Below, one piece after another: positions 32,601 through 44,600 of a stretch of 64,000 bases of DNA. Location: NCBI GenBank assembly GCA_019347915.1, contig JAHWKL010000002.1, positions 2,425 to 66,424 on the forward strand, given 5' to 3'. Source of the DNA: Actinomycetota bacterium. Its GTDB lineage: Bacteria > Actinomycetota > Acidimicrobiia > Acidimicrobiales > CADCSY01. The position numbers were made by a program, and so were the translations under genes. The notes below the pieces were generated by a model. The model was given only the letters and a program-made list of their open reading frames with translations. It did no database searches and was not told where the DNA came from. The number at the start of each line of letters is the position of its first letter. The first letter of the stretch is position 1.

Positions 32601-35600
32601 GTCGACGAAGCCGCCGACCTGCAGCGTGAGGTCGGCCACGGCGATGCTGATCTCGGGGTCGGGGCCGGAGCGGCGCTCGATGACGACGCTGCCGCCGATC
32701 GACTGCCCCGCCACGCTGAGCGTGCCGGAACCGGTGATGCGCAGCAGGTGGCTGGCCAGCTCCACCGAGCCGACGGTCTGCTGGACCTCGGTGGTGTTGA
32801 CCTGCAGGTCGAACGAGCCGGTGAGGGACACGGCCGGGATGTCGAAGGCCACGTTGGCGCTGATCTCGCCGAAGAGGCCACCGGTGACGAGCACGACCGT
32901 GCCGTTGATGTCGGTGGCCCGCACCAGCGGGGCCGACGGCGGTCCGAGGGCGAGGCTGCCGTTGGTGATCTCCACCTGGAGCGCCGAGGCCGTCTTGGTG
33001 ACGGTGACGTCGCCGGCGAGCCTCTGCCCGGCGATGGTGAGGATCACGCCGGTGCCCTTGACCCGGAGCGGGACGCCGGCATCGAGGACGAGCGACGTGG
33101 AGACGCCACCCACTACGAAGGTCTCGTTCACCGACGCTCCGGTCGAGTTGAGCTCGAGGGCGAGGGTGCCGGAGAGGGTGACGCCGGGGACGTGGTGGAG
33201 GGCGACGGTGCCGCTCACCCGGGCGGCCATGCCGGTGCCGCCGGTCAGGAACAGCGCCTCGCCGTCGGTGATGGTGAGGAAGTTGCGGGTGCCGTCACCG
33301 AGGGCGATCTGGACGTCGGTGGCGGCGATGCGTGCCCTCGTGCCGCTGGCGGTGGTGACCTGCTCGATGGTGATGTCGGCTCGGATGCGCTGGCCGGCCA
33401 CCACCAGCACGATGTCCTCGCCGGCGATGCGCAGGTACGGGCCCGCCGGCACGGCGAGCGTCACCGTGGTCGTCCCCACGACGAGGTCCTGGGCGACCGC
33501 GGCGGTGGTGGTGTTGAGCTGGACCTGCAGTGCGCCCGTCAGCGAGAAGGCGCCGCCGACGTCGAGCACGATGGCGCCCGAGAGCGACCCGGCGACACCG
33601 CTCGGGGTGATGACGAACAGGCCGGCGCCGTCGGTGAAGCCGACGGTCGGGTCGGCAGTGGTGCCCAGCACGACCAGGTCGACGTCGGCGAGCCCCAGGC
33701 GCACCACCTGTGCGCCGGCGGCGGTCGTGACCTGCTCGAACACGACGTCGCCGGTCAGGCTCTGCCCGAGCACGCTGATGGTGAGCCCGGTGCCGGACAC
33801 CTGCAGGTACGGGCCCGCCGGCAGGGCGACGCCGTCGACCGTGACCGGCGCCCCCGTGGAGTTCACCACCATGGCCAAGGAGCCGGAGACGGCGACGCCG
33901 GGGACGCTGAGCGACATGCCCACGGAGAACCGGCCGGCCAGCCCCGCCGAGGTGAGGACGAGCTCGGCCGTGGTGGTCGGCGTCTGCGTCACCGTGACGA
34001 TCGGCGCGGCCGCCGTCCCGCCGAGGTGCAGTGACACGTTGGTGGCCCCGATGCGGACCACGGGCGCACCTGCGGCGTCGCTCGAGCGGGTGATGACCAC
34101 GTCGCCACGCAGTGACTGGCCGAGGATGCCGAGGTCGACGGCGGTGCCGGTGATGCGCAGGAACGGCCCGGCCGGAAGGTTGATCGTCGTCGGCGCGCCG
34201 CCGGCCACGGCGAAGGTCTCGTTGACGTGGGCGGCAGTGGTGTTGACCTCGACGGTGAGCGCGCCGGACAGCGACACCTGCGGGACGGCCAACGCCATGG
34301 TGCCGGTGATGCGCCCGACCAGGCCGGTGGAGGTGAGCAGCAGCAGCGCGGTGCCGTTGCGGAGCGTCAGGATGGGCGATGCGCCGCCGAGGTCGAGCGT
34401 GACGTTGGTGATCGCCAAGCGGACGGCGGACGTGTCGGCGTCCGCCGCCGTGCCCCCGGGCACGCCGTCGGCCCCGTACGAGGTCACCTTGGTGGCGGCC
34501 ACGTCGCCGGTGAGGCGCTGCCCGAGCACGGTGAGCACCATGCCGGTGCCCACGAACCGGAGGTACGGACCGGCCGGGAGGACGACCGACAGCGTGGTGC
34601 CGCCGACGCTGGCCGACGTGTTCACCGCGCCGGACGTGGTGTTGACGACCAGCGACAGGCTGCCGGTCAGGCTGGCGCCTGCGGGCAGGGTCACCGCCAT
34701 CCTGCCGCCGACCCGACCGGCGACCCCGGTGCCGGTGACGACCAGCACGCCCGACCCGCCGGTGATGCGCACACCGTTGGAGCCGGCCACGGTCGCCAGG
34801 TCGATCGACGACAGGCCGATCGTCGTGACCGTCGTCCCGCCCGGGCCGGCGGCGCGCTCGATGCGCACGTCGCCGGTGAGGGTGTGACCGAGGATGGTGA
34901 TGGTCAGCCCGGTTCCCTCCACCCGGAGGTAGGGGCCGGCGGGGACGTCGAGCACCAGGACCGTGTCGCCGAGGTCGACCGAGCGCTCGGCGGGTGCGAC
35001 GCCGGAGTTCAGCGCCACGCTGAACGTGCCGCCGAACACCACGCCGGGCACGGTGACCGTCACCGTGCCGGCGATGCTCCCGGCGACACCGGTCGGGCCG
35101 GCGACGAGGATGCCGGTCCCGCCGGTCACCGAGACGGCGGAGCCGAGTGAGACCTGCACGCCGCTGGCGGCGAGGACGACGTCGCCGGTGGCGGTCTTGT
35201 CGAAGGCGAACGTGCCTTGCAGCGACTGGCCGGCGACCTGGAGCGTGGCGCCGGCAGCGACGAGTTGGGTGACGACGGTGCCGTCGGCGAAGGTGACCGC
35301 CACGCCGGGCCCGCTGCTCCCGGCGATCTCGAGGGTCTCGTTCACCGCCGTGCCGGTGGTGTTCACCCGTGCGGTCACCGTGCCGGTGAGCGCCACGCCG
35401 GCGACGCCGACCAGCCTGACCGATCCCGTGGCGACCAGGGCGTAGGTGGAGCCGACCTTGACCAGGCCGATGCGGGCGTCGGAGAGCAGCACGCCCGACG
35501 CCAGCGGGTTGACCTCGCCGGTGCTGAGCCGGGCCGGCCCTCGACCCAGGAAGATGGTGAGGCCCTCCCCGGCGAAGACCTGCGCCGGCTGGCCGCCGAT

Positions 35601-38600
35601 CGTCGTGTCGCTGAAGGCGATGTCGCCCTCGATGGTGACGAAGTCGGCGATGGTGAGGCTGAGGTTGGACAGCGACACCTCGAACACGTCGCCGGTGGCG
35701 AACTTCACGACGAGCGTGCGGCCGCCGACCTCGATCGACGTGTTGATGGCCCCGGCGGTGCCTGCGGGACGGGTGTTGACCCGCAGGAGGATGTCGGCGC
35801 CGGCAGAGACCGGTCCGGCGGCGATGTCGGCCTTGCCGGAGAGGTAGCCGGCGAGGCCGTCGGCGCCGAGGACGAACGCGCCATCCCCCTCGGTGAGGCG
35901 GGCGCCGTCCCCGCCCCCCCCGACGGTGACGTCGACCTCGACGTCGGTGGCGGCCACGACGGTCACCGAGGCACCGGCGCCGTCGGTCGCCTGCCGGAAG
36001 GCGAAGTGCCCGGCGAGCACCGGCCCGCCGGATCCAAGCGTGAGGTCGGCCCCGGTGACGTGCACCTGCACGTAAGGGCCGGCGGGCAGGGTCAGGACGC
36101 TGGTGGTGCCGCCCAGCGAGAAGTCTTCGGTCACCGGCGCCGTACCGGTGTTGATGTCGATCCGGGCGGCGTGGAACGAGAGCGTGATGCCGCCCGGCAG
36201 ATCGAACACCACGTCGGTGAGCGAGAGGCTGCCGGCCACGCCCTGGGGGGTCACGACGAACTGGCCGGAGGCCTCGTTCACCGTGACGACGTCGTCCGCC
36301 TCGGTACCGATGACGAGCAGCGGCGTTCCCGTCACGCTGGCCACCGTCACCTTGACGACGGACCAGCCGGCGGCGTTGGTGGACTGCTCGAAGGTGAAGT
36401 CGCCGTGGAGGCTCTGCCCGGCGATCTCGACGACCGCACCGCTGAGGGTGACGGCGAGCCGGCGGGTCGCGGGTCGGGTGTCGACCTCCACCGATGCACC
36501 GGTCGACACGGAGACGTCCGGGATGGCGAAGGCCAGATCGCCGGAGAACGAGCCATGGGCGCCGCCGGGTGTCACGGTCAGGTCGGCGGAGGCGTCGGTG
36601 ACGACGACCAGCCCGCCGCCGAGGGACAGCGACGCATCGTCGACGAGGAGATGGACGACGCCGCTGGTGGAGTCGACCACGACGTCGCCGGTGATCGGCT
36701 GGCCGAGGACGGTCAGGGACAGCGCCGTCCCCGAGAGCCGGACCATCGTCGCTCCGCTCGGTCCGGTCGGGAGCGCCAGCAGCACGTCGTGGCCGCCGAG
36801 CGAGATGACCTCGTTGACGTCGGCGCCCGTCGAGTTCACCTGCAGCTCCAGCGTCCCGGAGAAGCTCACGCCCGGGACGGCGAGCGTGACCGTGCCCCCG
36901 ACTCGGGCCGCCACTCCCCCGGTGGCCACCAGGACGACGCCGCGGCCGTCGGTGAGCGACACGACCGGGAGGTCCCCGCTACTCAGGGCGAAGCGCAGGT
37001 TGTCGACCACCACCACGAGGACGGGCTCCCCGCCCGAGGTGACCCGCCGCTCCACCGCCACGTCGGCGGCCAGGACGTGGTCGCCCACAGTGAACAGGGC
37101 GCCGACCGCCCCGACCCGCAGGTACGGGCCGGCGGGCAGGTCGCCGGCGGCGGCCGTGCCGGTGTTGACCTCGACCGACACGTTTCCCACCGACAGGCCC
37201 GGGATGGCGAGGCTGGCGACGTCGGCGGCCAGGCGGCCGGCGACCCCTCCGGCGCCCATGACGACCGACCCGGCGACGTTCTCCAGCGACAGGAAGGTCG
37301 TGGTGCCGTCGCCCAGGTCCAGCGTGCCGCCGGTGATCGAGATGCGGGTGACCGGAGCGCCGCTCTCGGTGCGGCGCTCGACGTCCAGCGTGGCCGCGGT
37401 GACCGTCTGCCCGGCCACGGTCAGATCGATGGCGGTGCCGGTGAGCCGGAGGTAGGGACCGGCCGCCAGGGTGGCGTCGTTGTCGGTGCCGGCGGCGTCG
37501 AAGGTCACCTCCGCTGCGGTGGTGTTGACGACGATGCGGAGGTCACCGGAGAGGGAGACGCCGGGCAGGGCGGCCACCACGGTGCCGGAGACGACGCCGG
37601 CGACGCCGGCACTGGACAGCTGGATCTCGCCCCCACCGCCGGTGAGCGAGGCGAGGTCGGTCGACCCGTCCCGCAGCACCAGCTCGACGTTGGTGGCGGT
37701 CACCGTCATGCCGGCCGCGGTGTCGACGAAGGTGAAGTCGCCGCTGAAGCTCTGCCCGGCGACGGCGGCCGTGAGCCCGACGCCGGTCACCGAGACGAAC
37801 GGGGTGGTGCCGTCCGACGTCTCGTCCGGCGTGCCGCTGGTGCCGTCGGTGAAGGCCACCACCACGTCACCGCCCTCGAAGGCGATCGTCTGGTTCACCG
37901 CACCCGTGGTCTCGTTGACCCGGGCCCGAATCTGGCCGCCGATGGTGACGCCGGCGAAGCCGACGAGCTCGACCGTGCCCCGCACGTCGAGGGCGTACAG
38001 GCCACCGACCTCAACGAACCCGACGGTGGCGTCCGTGACGAGCAGGCCTCGAGCGAGCGGGTTCCGCGATCCGTCCTCGAGGAACGCCGGTCCGTCGCCC
38101 ACGAACACCGTGAGGTTGGTGCCGGCGAACTGGCCCGGGCCGGCGCTGAAGTCGCCCTCGATGGTGACGACGTCGGCGATGGTGAGCGACAGGCCGCTGA
38201 TCGACACCGAGAAGGCGGCGGCACCGGATTCGAAGGTGATGGAGAGGTCCTCGCCGCCGACGGTGACGACCTCGTCGATGGCGGCGCCGGTGGTGTTGAC
38301 CCTGACCGAGACGCTGGCACCAGGGGTGAGCCCGGGGATCGACGCGTCGATGTCGCCGGAGAGGTATCCGGCGATGCCGTGGCCGGCGCCCGTCCCGCCG
38401 GGCGTGCCCTTCAGGACGAGGACGCCGTCGGCGTCGGTGATCGTGCTGGCGCCGTCGACGATAGTCACCGTGCCGTTGCGAACGGCCAGGATGGTGCTGG
38501 GCGTCGTGCCCGGAGCGGCCGACCGCTGGAAGACGAAGGTGCCGGCGATCGTCCCCAGCGTGCCGACGGGGAGCGGGGTGCCGGTCGGGACGACGATGAC

Positions 38601-41600
38601 GACTCGCACGTAGGGCCCGGCGGGGAGGGTGACGGGAGGCGAGGTGAGGGCGACGGCGGAGGGGCGGGTGTTGACCTGCACGCTGACGCCGGCGGACGCC
38701 AGGGTGAGACCACCCGGGAGGTCGAACGACGCCGTGGCCGAGAAGGCACCGGCGACGCCGTCGGCGGCGATCACCAGCGAGCCGTCGGCGTCGTCGATGG
38801 TGACGTACCCGCCGACGGAGACGTCGACGTCGGTCAGCGTGACCGTCACGACCGGCGTGCCGTCGGCGGCGAGCGTCCGCTCGAACCAGACCTCGCCGGT
38901 GAGCGCCTGGCCGGCGACGGTGAGGGTGACGGCCGTTCCTCCGACGAGCACCTCGCCGGCGGCAGTGTCGATGTCGGCCGACACCGAGCCGGTCAGCGAG
39001 ACGCCCGGGACGGCCACGGAGACGCTGCCGCTGAAGGTACCGGCGAGGCCGGTCGGCGAGATGGTCAGCGAGGCGGCGGCTCCGGTGATGCGGGCGAGCC
39101 CGCCCGCCAGGACCAGCGATGCGTCGGTCACCGTGACCGACACGGCGGTGGCGGCCTTGGTGATCTCGACGTCGCCGGTGAGGCGCTGGCCGAGCACGTC
39201 GACGACCACGCTGGTGCCGGTGAAGCGGAAGAAGGGGCCGCCCTCCACGTCGACGGTGACGCCGGTGCCGTCGACGGTGAAGGTCTCGTCGACGCCGGTG
39301 GTGCCGGTGTTCACCTCGAGGTGGAACCCACCGCTCACCGAGACGCCGGGGACGGTGACCCGGACCGTCCCGCTGATGGCGCCGGCGACCTCGCCGCCGG
39401 AGAAGACGAGCAGCCCGGCGCCATCGGTCAGCCGCACGAGGGGCGACGGGCTGGGAAGGGCGAAGGTGGCGTTGCTGACGGCGACCGTGACGACGTCGCC
39501 GCTCGTGCCGGGCCGCTGCTCGAGGGCGAGGTCGGCGCGCAGGGCCTGTCCGTCGGCGGTGAGCGTGGCGCCGAGGAGGACCACTCGCAGGTACGGCCCC
39601 GCCGGGAGGCCGGCGGTCGCGGTCGGCGCCGTGTTGACGGCGACGCTGACGGCCCCGCTGAGCGAGAGCTGGCCCGGCGACGTGTCGACCGTGGCGGCGA
39701 ACGTGCCGGCGACACCGGCGGCGCTCACGTCCAGGCTGCCAGCGACGCCTGCGAGCACCAGCGTTCCCGGGCCCACGTCGAGGGTGCCGCCGCTCACCGT
39801 GACCCGGGTGATGGCGCCGGCGCCGCTCCCGGAGCGGGCGACGGTGAACGACCCGCTGATCCGCTGACCGGCGACGTTCAGGGCCACGCTCGTCCCGCTG
39901 AGCCCCACGTAGGGGCCGGCCGGCAGCTCCGGCACGGTGCCGAACGGATCCACCGGAGCGCCGGTCGTGTTCACGACCAGCTGGAGGGTGCCGGTCTCCA
40001 GGCTGACGCCGGGGATGTGGAGCTGGACGGTGCCGCTCGCGGCGCCGACCATCCCCGCCGCCGACGACCGCAGGGTCGCCGTGCCTTCGGTGAGCGACGC
40101 CACCGGCGTGCTCGCACCCGAGGGGACGACGTGGAACGCCAGCCCGGTGACGGTGATGTCGAGCGTGCCGTCGGCGGCGCGCACGAAGGTGAACGTGCCG
40201 GTCAGCGACTGGCCGAGCACGCCGAGGGTCAGCGTGCCGCCGATGTCGGTGAACGGCACCGCCGAGCTCCCCTCCTCGCCGGTGGCAAACGTGACCTGCA
40301 CCGGGTCGCCACCGGGGATGGCGATCGACTCGGAGAAGGCGATGCCGAGGCTGTTCACGCGGACCGAGAGCTCGCCGGCGAGCGTCACGCCCGGCACGCC
40401 GATCAGCTGCACCGTCCCGCTCCCCGCCAGCGCGTGGTCGGCGCCGATGCGCACCACGCCGACGGTGGCGCCGGTCACGAGCAGCCCGCGAGCGAGCGGG
40501 TTGAGCGTGCCGTCGGCGAGCCAGGCGGGGCCGACGCCGATGAACAGGCGGAGGCCTCTGCCGGCGAAGACCTCGCCGGTCGTGCCGGTGGCGAAGGTGA
40601 CGTCGCCCTCGAGCGTCACCACGCCCCCGACGTCGAGGGTGACGTCGGTGAGAGCCAGGGAGAAGACGTCGCCCGCCTGTGCCTCGGTGGCGTCGAACCT
40701 CACCTCGACCGTGTGGCCGTCGAGCACGACGGTCTGGATGACCCCGTTCCCCGTGGTGTTGATGCGCAGGAGCGCCTCGGCGTCGAACCCGCTGCCGGCA
40801 CCCGAGCCCGGGGCCCCCGAGAGGAAGCCGGCCACACCGGAACCGGGGAGCACGAGCACGCCGCTCCCGTGGGTGAGCAGCTCGGTGGAGCCGGCGGTGG
40901 CGGTGATGCCGTCGAGCACGACGACGACCAGCGGCACGCCACCCTCACCGACCTGGCGCTCGAAGGCCACCGACCCGGCGAGCGTCCCGACGGTGCCGAG
41001 CGAGAACGTGGTGCTCGCCACCTGCACCCGCACGTAGGGGCCGGCGGGCAGTCCGGCGGCGGCGACGGGCCGGGTGTTGAAGGCGACCGTGACGGCGGCG
41101 TCGGTGACGGTGACGAACCCGGTGGCGTCGAGCTCGGCGGCGAGCGTGCCGGCGACCCCGCTGGCGTCGACGACCAGCGTGCCCGTGCCGCCCTCGACGG
41201 TGAGGGTCTGCGACGAGCCGGCGGCGAGGGAGAGCGCCACGCCGGACGCCGCCACCGAGAGCGCCTGGCCGTTGCGGGTGACGGTGGCCGACGTCGCGGT
41301 GACGCTCTGGCCGGCGGCCACGAGGGTCGCCTCCCCCGACGCCTCGACGTCGACTGAAGCGAGCACCGACGTGGAGCCCAGGGTGACGGCGTCGCCGGTG
41401 CCATTGTAGACGACGTCCCACCCGGTGCCGGTGAGCGCCACCTCGGGGACGCCCGCCAGCGTCACCAACCCGCCGGCGATGCGGAGGGCGACGCCGCCGT
41501 CTCCCTGGAGGAGCAGGTCCAGCGCGGTGCCGGTCACGGAGACCGCGGGCCCGCCGGGCACGGCCAGCACGCCCACCACGCTGGTGGCGTCGAGCACCAG

Positions 41601-44600
41601 GTCGGACCCGGACTGAGCCAGGGTGGCGGTGGGGGCGCTCACGGTGAGCACGTCACCGATGGTCACCGCCAGGTCGGCAACTGCCAGCGCGAACGCCCCG
41701 GCGTCGAGGGCCTCGCCCGACACGTCGTAGGTGCCCGAGAGCGTCGCCCTGCCCACGACGAGGCGAGCGCCGGCGACGACGTTGACGCGGACGAGGCCGC
41801 TGACGGCGACGCTCACCGTGTAGTTGCCGGTGGTGCCGGTGATGCCCGAGAACGACACGGTCAGCGTCTCCAGCCCGAGCACGCCGAGGTCGACGTCGTC
41901 GAGCGTCTCCGTGCGTGACCCCGACGCCGCGTCCATCACGTACTGCTGGAGGATGGGGACGATGGCACCGACGAGCCCGTCGAGCGGCGAGCCTGCCGTG
42001 TACTCGCTGAAGTGCGGCAGCACGGCGCTGACGGTGCCGGTCTGGGGATCGGCGGTCGTCGCCATCTCCTCCAGCGACCCGTCGGGCGCGACGTAGTAGA
42101 TGCGCGAGGTGGGGGCGGCGTCGCCGACGGCGATCGTCAGCACCGGGTCGACGAGGAAGGTCGTGATGGCGGCGCCGGTGCGGGCGTCGTAGGCGAGCAG
42201 GTCGAGGACCGGCGACGTGGTGTGGAGGCCGGGCACGCTCCGCGCCTCCCCGGTCACGAGGACCCACGCGTCGGCGGGCAGCCCACCCGGAGCGAAGCTG
42301 AGGGTCACCGGTCCGGCGGTGACGGTGCCGCCGAGCTCGGCGGTCACCAGCACCGAACCTGCGGGCGGCGTGAACGCCTGCGTCAGCGCTGGTTCGGTCT
42401 GGCCGTGGGGGCCGGCGTCGACTGCGGTCGCATCGTCGATGACGGTGACCGTGGCGCCTGGCCGGGAGAGGGTGATCGGACCGTCCGCCTGGACGGTGGA
42501 CGTGCGGGTGACGAGGTCGACGGCGACGGAGCCGTCAGGGATGGACGCTTCGGTGACCTCCACCGGTGGACCGCGGCCAGCGTGCAACGTCACGTCGCCG
42601 TCGGCGAACAGGGGGCCTGCGGCCCAGACGAGGCTGGACAGCGTGGCGAACGTGGCGGCCATCGAGCCGCCGGTGGCGGCGGAGCCGTCGCCGTGCGAGC
42701 CGGCATTGCTGGTCGGCGACCCGGCCAGGACGGCGGTGGCGTCGATCGGGCCTCCGCCGGCGACCGGCAGGAACGGCAGTGCCGCCACCGCGGTGGCCGT
42801 CGTCGCCGTGAGCGCCGCCGAGCGGAGCGGGACAGCGGTCGGCGCCAGGCGTGCCAGCGCGGCGGTGAGGCGACCGGCGCCGCCGTCGTCCCCCAGCCCA
42901 GCGCCGACCAGCGCAGCGACGACGAGCCCGGCCGTCTCGAGAGCCGCCTGTGGCGATGCCGGTGGCGCCAGCTCGGCGGCGACGCCGGTCGGGTGGGCCA
43001 CCGACGACGTCCACGATGCGCCATGGGCATGGACGGTCACCGCCCCGCCGGCGTCGACGGCGCGGCCGATGTCGGCAGAGGTCTCGTGGCGTGCGACCGT
43101 CACCGCGGCCAGCGATCCGGTCGAACGGGCGCTGGCGTCCTGGGTGGCCGTCACGGCGAGGTGGCCGGCTGGCGCCAGGGTGGGCCCGGAGCCGATCGTG
43201 GCCGAGGTGAGCGCGGAGGAGACGACGACCGCGCCACCGGGTGACAGATCGGTGCCGGCATCGGCCGTCGCCGCGTCGGTCGAGGTCGCCATCACGTCGA
43301 TCGAGGAAGCGCCGTCAACGGCGGCCCCATCGCCGATCGACGCTCGGGTGCCGGCGTCGGACACCACCACTGCCAAGCTCGACGTGGCCGGCGACGCTCC
43401 CCGGGCGACCGCCTGAGCGGTTCGCGACGAGCCCGCACCGAGGGAGACGGCGCCGGGCTCGCCCCGCCCGACGAGCAGTGTGGCACCGTCGAGGATGCGC
43501 GCCTCGGTGGACCCGCGGGCCAGGTTGACGGCGAGCGACGCCGTGTGGCCGCCGGACGTCGACGCGTCGCTCATGGCCTGGGCCAGGTCGGCGTCCACCT
43601 CGACCGACGGCGCCTCGAGCACGAGGTGGCCGTCGAGGTGCGCACGGGGCGCGAGCGACGTCACCACCACCGCCACCGCCCCGCCCGGGGCGTCGCCGAA
43701 CCCCGAGGCGTGGACCTCGCTCACGTCGGTGGCACGGGCGGCGACGCGCTGCGTCTCCGACGTGCGGATGGTGAGCGACCGGTCACCGCCAGAGGCGAGG
43801 AACGACTGGGTCTGGCCGATGGAGCGACCGAAGCCGAGGGCCCTGGCGACCGCCACCGGGCCCGAGGGTGTGACCGTCAGGCCGAAGATGAGGTCGGCCG
43901 GCGACCGACTGTTGCCCGTGGCGCCCCCCGCGCTCCCCGAGGACCACACCTCGAGCGCGCTGTCGGACGTGGCCTCGACGACGAGCCGCCGGGCGACGAT
44001 CCCGTCGGCGCTCGCCCCCTCGACCGCTGCGGTGGTGACCCGCCCCACGTCAGCCATGGCGATGCCCGCCCCTGCCGGCGACGCCGATGCGTCGCCGATG
44101 GCGCGCCCGTCGGTCGTGTTGTTGGCGAGGACGCTCAAGACCCCGCTCGCCAGCACCGAGCTGGCGCCGCCCAGCGTCGAGACGGCCCGGCTGGCGAGCA
44201 CCACCGACGCCAGCGCGGCATCCTGGGCCGAGTCGGCGTGGGCGGCGTCGCCGAGGGCCGTGGCCCGTCCCCAGGCCACCGAGTCGGCAACCAGGGAGAC
44301 GTCGCCACTGGAGACGAGGCGCGAGTCGACGACCGACACCGTCGCTGACGATCTGGCGACGACCTCGGCGCGGGTGCCGGTGGCGTCGGCGCCGGCACGC
44401 GAGCGTGCGGACAGCGTGATGTCGCCACCTCGCAGAGTCGCCCCGTCGACGGTGACGGAGGCTCCTGCCCCGGCGTCCGAGCCCGTCGACTCGTCGCTGG
44501 CGGTGAGCATGATCGCCCCGTCGGCCGCCCCGCCGCTGGTGTCGATGCTCGCCCCCCGCTCGACGAGGACGTGCTGTGCCCGGACGGCGAGGCCGGTCCC

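Larger units (their letters stand above)
24180..41300 (-). repeat. Array of ~40 diverged ~120-aa beta-rich modules (unnamed family)
   Basis: Counted in the translation: ~40 (V/L/I)N(T/S)(T/G) strand signatures and 20 (L/V)P(A/V/K)GP(Y/F) signatures. The recurring pattern is LPAGPYLRVxGTxVxLxVxGQxLxGDVxFEQ...VVRI..T.V.L.LG....LT.G.G.LV.T..GVAG..SG.V.L.VPGV.LSG.L.L.VNTT..VNE.F.VGG. In the most regular stretch the spacing of successive LPAGPY codon blocks is 34935, 34567, 34167, 33815, 33440 (352-400 nt). Confidence 0.85.

Noticed and set aside
24180-41300. Possibility that the periodic structure is a CRISPR array, a satellite, or a collapsed or duplicated assembly artefact.
   Set aside because: The periodicity (~350-400 nt) exists at the protein level only. 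DNA copies are strongly diverged, there are no short identical direct repeats with unique spacers, and the reading frame is continuous.
3906-43244. Very long plus-strand ORFs inside the giant gene. Examples: 25356..34034 (2892 aa), 35217..41357 (2046 aa), 16686..21206 (1506 aa), 12900..15962, 21744..24761, 3906..6548.
   Set aside because: Every one starts at an offset from 2499 divisible by 3. They therefore lie in the codon-aligned antisense frame, where stops require an A at the sense third position, which is rare at this GC3. Their products are monotonous G/D/E/R/A/H/V strings with no domain signatures, while the minus strand encodes coherent domains throughout. They are shadow ORFs.
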